From Eledone cirrhosa (Eukaryota): 64,000 bases of DNA. Below the pieces are notes generated by a model. The model was not told where the DNA came from. It did not search any database and saw only the letters and a list, made by a program, of their open reading frames with translations. The position numbers were made by a program, and so were the translations under genes. Where the stretch lies: positions 70,184,001 through 70,248,000 of the forward strand of contig OZ024745.1 of NCBI GenBank assembly GCA_964016885.1. Reading direction: 5' to 3'. Positions 41,591-59,540 of the stretch are shown piece by piece; position 1 is the first letter of the stretch, and each line of letters starts with the position of its first letter.

Positions 41591-42007
41591 GATGACAAGT
41601 ACATAGAGATCTCCAGATATAAAGAAATTCCTGTGCTGTGAAGCTTTTATAGTGAGCAAAGGCACTGCACAAAGCCAGTCCCACTCTCTTAACCAAGATT
41701 ATATTTTTCCAAAAGGAAGAACAAGTCAACATCATTGGATACCATCAGAGTTGTAGGTGTTATATCAGAGTTTTCCTTCTCATAGAATTCTGCCTTGACA
41801 AAGGCTAAGGGGTCATCTCTCCCGGTGATTTTGAATGGCCATTGACGCTTAAGAGCTCGTTTGCCCTTTGACAGGTTTTGTTTTTAGTCCTGCAGGATGT
41901 CCAAAGTCACCCTCTCACCAACAAACGTTGGTGGGGTTGCCAGTTTAGTCGCCAACGACCTGACTAAGATAGAGGTTGTACTGGGATACATGTTACCAGT
42001 AGCACCA

Positions 42008-42586
<579 letters not shown>

Positions 42587-42817
42587 ATAAATGATGTCCA
42601 TAAAATCATTTGATAAGATATATACTCCATTTCCTCTCCCAAATAACATAATCAACCACACAAGTAAACCAAATAAACCAGGCTATAAGATTAAAAGGTA
42701 CCTATGAAGAATAGATAAATAAACGACATCCATCTATTCGCCATCAACAGCTATAGAATATTTACCCACCATTTCAATCGCACGTGGAAATCGATTAAAT
42801 ATATCGTCTCACCATAC

Positions 42818-42927
<110 letters not shown>

Positions 42928-42930
42928 ATG

Positions 42931-42983
<53 letters not shown>

Positions 42984-42988
42984 GTATG

Positions 42989-43039
<51 letters not shown>

Positions 43040-43155
43040 GTATATATATATATGTATATATATATATGTATATATATATATGTATATATATATATGTATA
43101 TATATATATAAATATATATATATGTATATATATATATAAATATATATATATGTAT

Positions 43156-43940
43156 ATATAAAAGACGTAAAATAAGAAAATCCCTTTCGAAAAAAAATTT
43201 TTTTATCAATTTTTACTTACTTAAATTTTCACTCCAAGTAATTAGTCTATGCAATGGGATAAAGACAGTTACGTAATCTAACTGTCGAGAATTCATTGCG
43301 TCATCAGGGAGTCTATTCTCAGCTAAGTCTCCAGGCAATGCGCGGACACTGGCGGCTCATATAAAAATAATAATAATTCGGTAGATGGAACAGCTAGCGA
43401 GGACTGAATTCCATGCACTGAAATCCTCACTGCTTCTAGTCAAATGGCCGATTCTAAAGAATCAATCACGTGACACAGAGGCTAGTCAGAAGGAATGGGA
43501 TGGTAAGATGACTGACGCCTACTAACACCCCCAAAAAAATTTTTTTAGAAGTGGTTTTGGCAGGATTCCTCGACAAATCAGTGATTTGGAGATAAATATA
43601 GATAATTTAATATATCAACTAACATAAGCGCACAGATGCACGCCCATGCCAGCAAATACACAGGTTATGTCATAGTACCTAGGTGGTTCAATGCAGGAGG
43701 ATGCAGAACAATAATATAAAAGACGTAAAATAAGAAAATCCCTTTCAAAAAATTTTTTTAAGAAAAATCTTTACTTACTTACTTAAATTTTCACTCCAAC
43801 TAATTAGTCTCTGCAATCGGATAAAGACAGTTACGTAATCTAACTGTCGAGAATTCATTGCGTCATCAGGGAGTCTATTCTCAGCTAAGTCTCCAGGCAA
43901 TGCGCGGACACTGGCGGCTCATATAAAAATAATAATAATT
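43156..43940 (-). mobile_element. Non-coding element bounded by ~225-bp direct repeats, each with a degenerate HHR (retrozyme/pLTR-like)
   Basis: Repeats at 43156-43378 and 43714-43940. Minus strand ACTCC-CTGATGA-(GCAAT..ATTGC)-GAGA-CTAATTAG-TT-GGAGT at 43793-43874; more decayed at 43231-43312. Confidence 0.7.
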
Positions 43941-44048
43941 ATAATATATATATGTATATATGTATATATATATATATCTATATATGTATATATATATATA
44001 TGCATATGTGTATATATATATATGTATATATATATATATGTGTATATG

Positions 44049-44150
<102 letters not shown>

Positions 44151-44154
44151 TATA

Positions 44155-44968
44155 TCATAAATCATGTCTTATGAATCATCAGATATTAAAATATATACTA
44201 TTTCTTCTTCTAATCAGCATAATTAACCATATACAAAATCCATCCTAGCAAGTTATAAGAATAAATTCTCTTATGGGGAAATCTCCGACAAATAATCGAT
44301 CGTAGCCTCTTCGCGTCGGCCCCGTTCCATTATTTATCCAACATTTCGACAGCATGTAGGATCCGACTAAATATACCATCAACCATACATAATTAGTAGT
44401 AAAATTAAACTTAGAAGAAATGCGCACATACCATAATTATATCTCTACCATGGTTTCTTCCTTATTTAGGACTTCCAAATAATATGGATGCTCAGAGTTA
44501 GGTTTCATCAGGAGATAAACTCAAAATCAGACATCTAGTTTTTCTAACCGATCGCGCCAAATTTAGATTCAAAAATGGCTAAAATCGCTATGTAGCTGTG
44601 TTCCAACCAGAGAGAAAGAGTGTGATTGGTTGCTTACAGCGGGTAGGCTTGCTGCTAGAAAGCGCAGCCATATATCGCCAAATTTAATCTCAACCACTTG
44701 GGAGATTATTAAATATAAAGGTTATCATACATAAAGTTAAAGATATATATATGTTGCAACTGTTCACTTTTAAGCTCTATGAAGAATTAATAAATTAAAA
44801 TAAAAAAATCAGAGCATTATATCATGAATCATGTCTTATGAATCATCAGATATTAAAATATATACTATTTCTTCTTCTAATCAGCATAATTAACCATATA
44901 CAAAATCCATCCTAGCAAGTTATAAGAATGAATTCTCTTATGGGGATATCTCCGACAAATAATCGATC

Positions 44969-44971
<3 letters not shown>
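44155..44971. mobile_element. Non-coding element bounded by ~165/150-bp direct repeats (44155-44323 and 44822-44971)
   Basis: Near-identical direct repeats with ~668-bp period, between (TA)n tracts. Confidence 0.7.
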
Positions 44972-45053
<82 letters not shown>

Positions 45054-45065
45054 CATATATATATG

Positions 45066-45124
<59 letters not shown>

Positions 45125-45144
45125 GTATATATATATGTATACAC

Positions 45145-45801
45145 AAGAATAGTACTAAGACGCAAATAAGACCCTCTACACTAGAGTCCCACTCATCCAG
45201 CTGTCGATTTATTGACTGCGTCGTCGCAGAGGACATCCACTGCTACGGCCTCCATCCGACAGACATACACCCATTTTTGTCCTTCACCTTCCACCGCCAC
45301 CTTCACCTTCACCTTCACCTTCCACCGCCACACATACAGACAGACAACAGGATTACCCATGGGATCCAGCCTATCGGGCCTGCTGGCCATCACTTATATG
45401 AACCAGCTAGAATGCCGAGCCCTCAACACCTGCCACCTATACCTTCTTCACCCGATATGTAGATGACATACTCATCCTTACATCATCCCGTGAGGAGGCA
45501 GATGAAATATACACAACATTCTCCAGCATGGACGCCAGTATACAGTTTAGCATGGAATACCCCGATGACCGCGGATCCCTATCCCTACTGGACTTCCAAC
45601 TCAGGGTAACAGAAGAAGGCAACATCCACACCTGCTTCTATAAAAAAGCTGCCAGCAGGGACCTGTTCGTACATTCCAGATCGACCCTCCCAGCCGGCGC
45701 TAAGTTCGGATACATAAGGAACGAACTTACACGTATCCGGAACAAATGCACCGACGCTAGAGACCGAGACACACACACCACACATTTCCTGGAAGTACTC
45801 A

Positions 45802-45803
<2 letters not shown>
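45145..45803 (+). pseudogene. PLE reverse transcriptase fragment (second family), frameshifted
   Basis: [68 protein letters not shown]; GC-rich island between (TA)n tracts. Confidence 0.9.
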
Positions 45804-45887
<84 letters not shown>

Positions 45888-45908
45888 TATATAGATATAG
45901 ATATATAG

Positions 45909-48710
<2,802 letters not shown>

Positions 48711-48758
48711 GTGTGTGAGCGTGTGTGTGTGAGCGCGCGCGTGTGTGTGTGTGCGTGT

Positions 48759-48807
48759 GTATGTATGTATACGTACATACATATATGTATACAGACGTAC
48801 AGTAGTA

Positions 48808-48847
<40 letters not shown>

Positions 48848-49283
48848 TACATACAGGTACACATATATATATATGTACGTATCAGTTTAGCGGACGTTTA
48901 TTATAACGCCCCCTTTGTCCGTTTGTAAACAAACGGACAGTCTGATTTGTGCCGTACGGTGTTAAGGCAACCACGTCAGCTTTTTGTTCAACACTGACAC
49001 AGGCACGATGTACTAGTTTCAAGCTTCTTAGCTATCATCAGCACCGTATACCCTTCTGCCAGATGGTTGAACGTTCGAAAGTATATACTTTCCTTATGAA
49101 AATTAACGGCTGAGCAGCGTAATTTGCATATCGAGTGAGTTCAGTCGGCCAGGCGCACCGAAAACGATAAGTTGAAAATAGAATGAAACGAAATTTCATT
49201 TCTCACTCTTAGTACGGCACTTACTTAAATGTAAGTATGTATGTATACGTACATACATATATGTATACAGACGTACAGTAGTA

Positions 49284-49327
<44 letters not shown>

Positions 49328-49350
49328 TACATACAGGTACACATATATAT
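48759..49350 (-). mobile_element. Second locus of the ~472-bp retrozyme-like repeat (about 1.2 units)
   Basis: Roughly 90% similar by eye to 19794-20265; ~110-bp terminal redundancy; HHR at 49006-49046. Confidence 0.85.
49006..49046 (-). ncRNA. Minimal type-I hammerhead ribozyme
   Basis: Same as 20040-20080 except one stem II loop base (AAGA versus AACA). Confidence 0.8.
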
Positions 49351-50379
49351 TTTCAACCTATGTGTATATATATTTAGATTAAACAGACCATCGCTTGCCA
49401 TTCTGTGATACCTGGCGCCCTGGAGTGTATAAAATTCTGGATTCTGTAGGAAAATTCATTCAACTCACGATGACCAGTAATAGAGAGTTTGTTGGGCACC
49501 ACTAAATTAGAGTATCAAAATGTACTTCCCTTAAGCCACACCCTATATCTGTGACGGATAGAACAACATTTTGGATAATTATTCCTCGATAATATCAGCC
49601 ATACAAAAGTATACAAAGGGTGTATGCAGAATTTTCTTGATATGTATGTCTTCTTGAAAAAGGCTAAACAAAAACATCAATATCAAATCCTTCCTATTGT
49701 TAGAATATATGAAGTTATTTCAAGAGATAAAGTGCAATGATCTCAATATCAAAATGTAACTTTTCTATCTTCTATCTACGGTATTCTTGTGAATAGTGTA
49801 CATGGTGCAGATATTTTATCTGCAGTCTTCTCATAGAAAAATCACCATCAGTGAACTAAAATATCATTTATATTAATAGCCAGTCTTTCATTCAGATATA
49901 TATGTTCACGTTTGTTACAATATTTCTCTATTCAATACTTCACCGGTAAATACTTGACTATTGTCTTAATTCTTCAATATTCATTACAATCTATCAATAC
50001 ATCCATAACATGTTCATGGGATGCCATCGTGTATAAGGAGATTGCCAGCGTTGTTCAATAATAGCAAAATAAATATTATATCATTACTCAGACATGTCGC
50101 CTTTATTTCTATAAACCAAATTCTACTCTTTAATTGGAGAAAAGTTGAGTGTTAAATGTATTCTTCTAGTTTTATAACTATAGAAACTATCAACCACTCT
50201 AATTCGGCCTTACAATTTCCAAAACGCTCTCTCCTGGAAACTTACAAGGAATCGCCGCGTGACATTCAATATATATACGATATACACTCTAAAATATATG
50301 TTAGTCAAGAACGTTTTATAATCATGTCAATTGGAATAAATATTATCAATATGACGAGGGCCCTTGATTATTAGACGAG

Positions 50380-50570
50380 GATGGTGGATTAGCAGTATCG
50401 GTAGAGGGTCGGACACCATGCTTTGACGCATGGAGTTACTTCTCTTGTCATTCTGAGTTCAAATCCCGTCGAGGTTGACTTTGCCTTTCATCCTTACGGG
50501 TAGATAAAATAAAGTACCAGTAATGTACTGGGTAATTTCTGGCCTTGTGCCAAAAGTAGAAACAATTATT
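50380..50570 (+). mobile_element. SINE, full length
   Basis: Matches the family consensus. Confidence 0.9.
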
Positions 50571-52114
50571 AGACGAGGCAAATTGTCAGACATTTTTTTT
50601 TTCTCTAAACAATTTCGCCTTTATTCAACCAGCGTTCAGATCGAAACCATTCTTGCTTTTATCATTCTGGGATCGATAACTCATTTGCCAATATATGTAA
50701 TCGGGGTTATCTTATCGACTATATCCTCCCACAAACTCTGTTGTATTGTATACATGTTAGAAATAATTTAATTATTTAATAGAAACTGGATTAATTCAAA
50801 AGTATACGTTCGCCTTGAATACGTAGTACATTGAAAAATATTGTTCAAACGGACACACAAGAAAACTATTTCACACATCTACATGCATAGAAAACACAGA
50901 AAGCCATAAACTGTTCATTTCCGAAAGCGGTGCTCTAGAATGGCCCTAGCCGTAATGACTAAAGTTAAATTAAGGACTAAACAATGTCTTCAAAACATAA
51001 AACGTAACATTACAAACGAATGGATGTGTCATATTTTCTTTTGTTAATCACGTACTGCTTATTAAATTATCACATTTAATAATGTCTGAGCGCATAGCGG
51101 AAATACAGACAGACACAATGTATAAATTCAACTACAATTAATAATTTTACCTGAGTTAAACACCCCTATCTACTTTTCTTATGAATATCTTTCAGCTTCT
51201 CAAACATTGGCCCCAAGCTGAAAAACATCAGCCAACATTGAATATTGATTAAGACGCTTGTCCAACTAAAACATTAATTAACTTGACAACTGATGTACGA
51301 AGCTCAACTAAAAAATAATTATTTGATTACGACCATATCTAGACTATAGTAATTAGAAATCTCATGAGTTTAACATCTGGCATATGTTGTACACAGTTTT
51401 TTGTTCTGATAGTATATGTACGATGTATCTATGGATGTATTTATGTATGTAGGTATTTATTTATGTATGTATGTATTTATGTATGTATGTATGTGTGTAT
51501 GTATTTATGTATGTATGTGAGTGTGTGACTGTGTACAGAAAGAAAGTGAAATGGGCGGGGTGATTTCAAGGCAGCCTACACACATTATGTTTCCGTTCTT
51601 TTATTCTGTTCCGTTACAAGTTCACGTGTACTGCATTTCCATGAGAATAAATATAACCTGTACAAAAATCATATGTATTTAACAGAGATGACTAGAATAT
51701 TTAATGACCAGATTGAAATGGGGCCCTCATTTTACGACTCACATCGACCTATCACAAACTTCCCACAAACATCCGTGTGTGGATACACACAGCATACACA
51801 CCACACACCACACACCACACGCACACGCACACGCTCACGCACATATATATACACACAAAATATGTGTGTGTGTGTGTGTGTTTGGATAATTAACTATGAT
51901 TGTCCTGATGAGAAATTAAATCTTATATGTTGTATTTCTAAAGAGAGAAAAATACCGATTGTCAGATCATTCCAAGGAAGCTGTAATCCATCTCTTTTTT
52001 TTTTTTTTCATTGCTGCAACTATCTCTGTCGGGTGCTGTCCCTGGCAAAAGTGTCACCTCGTCCGCTAACTTGAGCTAGGATTGAAACTCAGTATTCGGA
52101 ATGCCAGTACAAAT

Positions 52115-52310
52115 AATGCTTTCTAATTTAAGCACAAAACCAGCAAAATTGGGGAAAATTCATATCCGATAAAAATACCCTCAGTACTTGAGGGTTACTT
52201 TACTTTATTGATCTTCGAATGATAAAAGGCAAATTTTACCGATTCAGTATAACCGTAGAGGGCCGTAATTAAATGCTACATGCCATCCCATCCGTCACTT
52301 TAACAATTCC
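52115..52310 (-). mobile_element. Old diverged SINE copy
   Basis: TACTTTATTGATCTTCGAATGATAAAAGGCAAA resembles the reverse-complemented core. Confidence 0.55.
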
Positions 52311-53131
52311 GTCTGAACTTGAATTTTTTTAATCGACCTACAAAATATTTAACGAAAGTGAGGTGCATTAGGGTTCACAACGGTTGTGTTTGAACTGCGT
52401 ATAACTAGAGGAAAGGAAAAAATACTTAATCTGACCAACACTTAGCGTTAACCCATTATCCGCCTATTTAGAGATTGTCAAAAAAGTGTATAGTGAGATG
52501 ACCTCTGAACCCGGGAAGAGTGTTCAGATTGAAAATTGAATCAGATGTCGAATGGGTAGGTCATCTAGATCATGGCATTAATATAAATATCCACAAATAT
52601 TTTTTCTATAGCCACTTGCTAAATACTCGCTTCAATGTAACCTATGCTTGCTCAAGATTTGGTTACTAGAATAAACAAAAAAATCTGAAATATTTTCATT
52701 TAACTGTAAACAACTGCTGAGGATGTATTTACTTCTCTAAACACCCGAATGATATACAAATATTCAAATACAGCTTCACAGCCTCATGCAGACAGAGAAT
52801 CACCTCTCAAATTCTTTCATTTTCTATAATAACAGATTATTACTAGAATGCGATAAATACGCACCCCCTCTCCCACACATACACAAACATTCTTTACATA
52901 GAGAGATTGCTAATACAAGTTGACTGTCTTAATATATGCGTGTGTTTTTTATTTCATTTAACGAGCCTTTTCTACACAAAGAGGAAGTCAACGTTTGCAA
53001 AAAAAAAAGGAATATCCAAAGCAAGTTAAACCCGTATAGATAGAACTGTATAGACTATGATGTCTTCATTCATTTTTAGACAATTTATTGCCCTCTCTGT
53101 CTCCCCATCGCATATATACATTATATATATT

Positions 53132-53208
<77 letters not shown>

Positions 53209-53318
53209 AGGGAGTGTAACTTGGAATTACTGTAGGTTCACCCGCGAGAGCACTCGATGTTTAGGTTCACTTCAGTGTCGAGGTGTAGATATATAAATAA
53301 GATAACAAGGGTGATTGG

Positions 53319-53384
<66 letters not shown>

Positions 53385-53640
53385 AAACGAGGTATCCTTT
53401 AAGGTTATCCAAGGAGAGGTTACGAGTAATATTTACCGTGGAGGATTTTAGCGTGCGGCGCTTGTTGACTCAACAACATGTTTATTTAGTTATGGTGTTC
53501 GGAGGGTTGATTGCGGAGACTTCCGAGATAAGCAGTTCCTGGAATATTAATAGGCAATGAAACATATGATAGTGCTTGAAATAAAACCCTATTGTATAGC
53601 TTATCCATGTTAATTTTCATTCATTCGTTATACACACACT

Positions 53641-54465
<825 letters not shown>

Positions 54466-54589
54466 GTAGGAGGTGAGTTTTATTGTAGTACAATAAAGCA
54501 ATGCAGATATCGGATAAGAAGCACTCTACAGTTTGTAGGACTGGAGTATGCATAATATATGATCAAAAGATGGTTAAAGGAGTTCCATG

Positions 54590-54660
54590 TATTTTATTAT
54601 GCGCATTTCAAAAACAAACATCATCATGCAATAATATTTGTGTTTTCATCAGATAAAACA
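54590..54660 (-). ncRNA. Minimal type-I hammerhead ribozyme (mirror copy)
   Basis: Reverse complement of 54787-54857. Confidence 0.85.
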
Positions 54661-54786
54661 GGAGAACATGATATGAAGGCTAAAAAACACTTGTGGATAG
54701 TGCAGTTTTAAATCAACATATCAACATATGTTGATTTAAAACTGCACTATCCACAAGTGTTTTTTAGCCTTCATATCATGTTCTCC

Positions 54787-54857
54787 TGTTTTATCTGATG
54801 AAAACACAAATATTATTGCATGATGATGTTTGTTTTTGAAATGCGCATAATAAAATA
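54787..54857 (+). ncRNA. Minimal type-I hammerhead ribozyme
   Basis: TGTTTTAT-CTGATGA-AAACACAAATATTATT(GCAT)GATGATGTTTGTTTTT-GAAA-TGCGCA-TA-ATAAAATA. Confidence 0.85.
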
Positions 54858-54998
54858 CATGGAACTCCTTTAACCATCTTTTGATCTTATATTATATATA
54901 TATATATATATATATAAAGCGGTTCACCCTGTTCCAAACCTTAACACCCATATATATCTGCATATATACATTTTATATTAGACACACACACACATATG

Positions 54999-55064
<66 letters not shown>

Positions 55065-55065
<1 letters not shown>

Positions 55066-56130
55066 GTGGAGAAATATATAAAGGAGAACAAACCGTTAAA
55101 ACATGTTTATTTAAAATAGCACTTACGTACGTTTCGCCCGAATGGGCTTCTCAAGGGCATAAAACACTAAAAAGCGTTCCTTACATGACCCATAATGGGT
55201 TTTAGAGATAAGTTCACATCACAGTCCATTCTTCGTAAAAAACATATATTGATTTTGCAGTAGGTCAAGGGAGATAACTATAGCCGTTGCTAGAGCAGTG
55301 TTCCCCGGGCTACTTTTACTTTGTGGTTACTGCATTACCATTGTCGATTCATGCAGGGTCAGGAATGCAAAGTTAGTTTCCAGATGTTTGTTTGCTGCGC
55401 CTTCCCGCCGGGGTCCTTTCATGCCGGGTCTGGGATGCATGGTTAGTTTCTGGATGTTTTTTGCAGCGCCTGCCCACCGGGGTGTTAAGGTTTGGTGCAG
55501 GGTGACCCGGTTTACGGTTCTCACGGCTCATTCTTAGTCCATCTGGAGTAAGAGATTTTTAAGCGGTGCGTACAGCTTATCGTCGTTTCTGCTCTCGTGG
55601 GGTGCCGTCATTATATGGTAAAGCTCCATGAGGCAATGCTCGCACTTCCTCTTGAAATGTACGGTGCTGCTCTGCCGACAATTTCCTTGTGCGTGGAGAA
55701 GCTGATGTTTGGATCTGTTAATGCTGTGATGTAATTCGCGAGGGAAGTGGAGTGTCTTAGTTTCTTGTTTGCAAAAGAGTGGAGATGTGTTCGAAATCTA
55801 TTTTTGAACGGGCCAGAGGTAGCCTCTATATAATGTTTAACGCTATTATGGCTAGTTACGATGCACCTATAAATAACCCTATCAGTCAAGCAGTTTCCCC
55901 TAAGGGGGCAGCGTCCCCTGTCACGGCAGTTGCATTTTCGGTCAAAGTCCTTTCTAGTTCCCAAGGTAAGGCTATTATTATTGCTATCTGTGTTGTTACC
56001 TACGCCCCTACACCTGTCGTTGGTACCATTATAACCCACTGTGTGCGGAGTAGTACCATTATCATTCCGGACGCCGCAACACCTTCTGTTGTCGATATTA
56101 ACGCTTCTAATATTTAACACTGCAGGCACA
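55065..56130 (-). mobile_element. PLE 3' fragment: GIY-YIG endonuclease, 3' UTR and HHR variant
   Basis: CNCRDRGRCPLRGNCLTDRVIYRC..KHYIEATSGPFKNRFRTHLHSF..STSLANYI..AAPY, then frameshifted RKCEHCLME; downstream TTGAGAA-GCCC(ATTC)GGGC-GAAA-CGTACG-TA at ~55119-55160. Confidence 0.85.
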
Positions 56131-56210
56131 AATATTGAGCACCTTTTGTATATACTATTGGCAAATAACTACATGTATCGCCTATCTCTTCTTCTCTTTC
56201 TCGATACTTA

Positions 56211-56263
<53 letters not shown>

Positions 56264-58811
56264 TATATTGCATATGTACATATATATATGTATATATATT
56301 ATATTACATATCATTTTTTCTTCATGATTAAAAGAACAAGGAAATAAATAGAAAATAGCAGATTTAGACATGAATATAAATGAGCACTTGCTGCTCATGT
56401 AAGGGACACATGATGGAACGCGTAAAATGAAGAGGTCGATGTAATAAAATCAGTATTAATGTACTTTAATTGTACTCTTGTGATACAAAAGCATTCTGCA
56501 TACATTTGTTTGTGGTGACTTTGAATCTTTCAGAATTTCAAACATCTAAAGTTATATTAGATTTTTAACCGATTCAATACATTTCTACAGGATATTAATG
56601 ATTGATTTAATCCTAATATCTGTGATGTACAATAACTAAGGCTTACCTTCTTTTACATTGTATAAAACCGAAGTTCGGCCATGCGAGACGAGGTGAATAT
56701 TTTCAAAGAAATCAGATATTAGATAGTTCTATTGAACAATTGATTATACTATAACTAAGAACAATGCCTTATTTTAAGCGATATGTGATTTAAACAGAAT
56801 ATTCAGAAATCTTGCTTTGTAAATGTTAAAACAGATATTCCCCTCTAATTTATTATATATTTTTGTGTATTTATAAATATTTCATGGATGTAGCATTCTC
56901 AAATGGTTGGGGTATTTGCTTCGTATTCATACGGTTCTGGTTTTGATCACATGTCATTTACCATAGCCTCAGATCGATTCAAGAGACGTGATTGGAGTTT
57001 GCATAGACTGAAGCTGCTTAGAACACCGTTGAATGGAAAACACGTGTAATTAAAACGGTCATTTTTGTCTAGTAGTGCCATACTCAATATCATTAACCAT
57101 TACGTTAAGGTTATAGGTGTTTGTGTAATCCGGCAAATTAATTTCATAGATACCCAACATTTAGAACATTCGCTGTTGAGAGTGCTCAAGTTTCACTCCA
57201 TTATGTGTACTCCACTCAAAATGTTTATGTATGAACATTAATTTAACTATAATTTCGTCATTTCCATACAGTTTAGGTGCCTTGATCGGAGTGCATTCTG
57301 TTGCAAAATATCGGGCCAGGTATTTGGCCTAAGGAAACGCCCTTCCCTCACTTAACATCTCGGAGTCTGCGAAAAGTCCCCTGTCATTGATCTTCATCCC
57401 TTAATTACACCATAACAAACTGACCCTCTCCGAAACACAGAAACAGGTATACAAATATACATATTATTTCATATCAAAATATGCAGTTACTAGCACTACA
57501 GGTTTCCTGACTGGCTGCTTATATTTATGATCAGTTTAGGATATAAAACATTCATTCATAAAGATGAACATTAATAAAGATGCCGTGAAGAAAGATATGA
57601 AATCCGGAATTAAGCTACAAATACAATAAATAATATATTTCTTGTGCAATGACTTCTGATTCTGAATGTGTATTTCAAAATATCGGGAATAGTTGAGCGC
57701 TGGTCAAAATGTTATTCGATGCTTCCTTAGTTTGTTTGTGTCTCACTTTTTAGAGTTGTTAATCGGTTTTCTTCGTTGTGGCGTAAATCTGGATTCGATG
57801 TCTCTTTTCACAGCATTTTGATTAATTCTCGTCTTTATGTGTGAAATGTCGTATCCTGAAATTGCTCGTAACTATGAGCAGCAGGCCAAGAGACTTGTAT
57901 TGCTAATAACTGCATGTTGTTATATAAAATAGTATGTATATCTATATGCCTGTCTCTGTGTTTCGGAGAGAGTCAGTATATTTGGTGTGTCTGGTAACAA
58001 TATGTATTGTTCGGTTTCTGCAAGGTAATGTAAGCTATATAATCGAATAAACCACAAAATATTCTTCCACCTTCCATAGTTACAGTGGGATACATCTCGA
58101 ATAGATTTCTAAAAAACTTGATAGCACTTGGGTCTAATTTACTGTGTATAATATACTAGTTTATCTCTTTTAACACCAAAATGCGATGAGACAATATATT
58201 TTTACGTGATGATGCATTAGATGTCGGATTCACGGATGAGAATTTAGTTCTTCCTTAAACTTAACGTTCAACTCGTGATGTACCTCATAAGTGATTGAGT
58301 ATTAAATATATAAGTGCACCAATAATTCTCAAGGCAATCCAGAGTGACTCAATATATATACCAATGCTAGACTATTGAATTAGAAATACGACCAGTCCGA
58401 CAGGAATCTACAAGGTTTCTCACTATGTAACTTAATTTTAATTGCTAGGGTCAATCAGAAGCTATGACAAAATCACTTACATAAGACTTCACGTACTAGC
58501 ATCGAAGCCGGTACCCCTTGATTGTGAGGTGTATTTCTTAAATTCTGAACTACGCCTGCATCAATTCTAGAATATAGACTGATGGGAAAAGATAGGATCA
58601 TCAACGTATTCGCTCTGTTTGTAGGTAAATGATAAGCCTATTAAGAGCAGGGCTACAACATGTAATGTATATATATGGGATCTCAGCTTTAACAAATTCA
58701 GTCATCCTCAGATTCATGCTCATTCCATTAAATTCAAAAACAATAGCAATAATACCATTAAGAGACTTGTCAATCTACTATGCACTTTATATTGATATAG
58801 GCATTGATAAA

Positions 58812-58879
<68 letters not shown>

Positions 58880-58916
58880 TATATAGTAATAATAATATAT
58901 AAACTTTAATCTGTTA

Positions 58917-58959
<43 letters not shown>

Positions 58960-59352
58960 TTTGGATAATGATTAAGAAGATAAGATAAACTATTGAAATT
59001 AATGTAAGTTGTAAAATATAAAATAAAGCTGACACTCATTTAAAATAACAGTAAGCCTTCATTAAATGCGACATAATATTAATTAATTTAACTAATATAT
59101 AGCAAATATGAACTGAAATATTATCTTCAGTTAATTCCTTATTAATGTGTTGCAATGCGAGTATTAAAGAGATGTTCATCATAAATGGCTGGCCTGGGAT
59201 TCTTCACTGTTAAACCTCAAAAGGTGGGTGTTGCCCCATTAAATTAAGTACTAAATAGCGTTTTTAAATTGTGTCTTTTTAAGTAGAACAAAACGAAAAT
59301 ACAATGATTTAAGTAACACAGCGGTGGTAGCATTATATATATATATATATAG

Positions 59353-59540
59353 GGCGGTGGTTAGGCAGTGTCGGTAGAGGGTCGGGCGCCATGCTTTGCA
59401 GCAAAGAGTTACGGCCCTTTATGGTCTGAGTTCAAATCCCGCCAAGGTTAACTTTGCCTTTCATCCTTACGGGGTCGATAAAATAAAGTACCAGTAATAC
59501 ACTGGTATAATTGCTGGCCGTGTGCCAAAAGTATAAACAT
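59353..59540 (+). mobile_element. SINE, full length
   Basis: Matches the family consensus; inserted in (TA)n. Confidence 0.92.

Larger units (their letters stand above)
54561..54886. repeat. Fold-back palindrome (~160-bp arms) with an HHR on both strands and a duplicated TCAACATA at the apex
   Basis: Near-perfect arms; apex AATCAACATA-TCAACATA-TGTTGATT. Confidence 0.95.

Noticed and set aside
51900-51950. CTGATGA-GAAAT...ATTTC-TAAA hammerhead-like motif
   Set aside because: GAAA, stem III and stem I are all unsupported.
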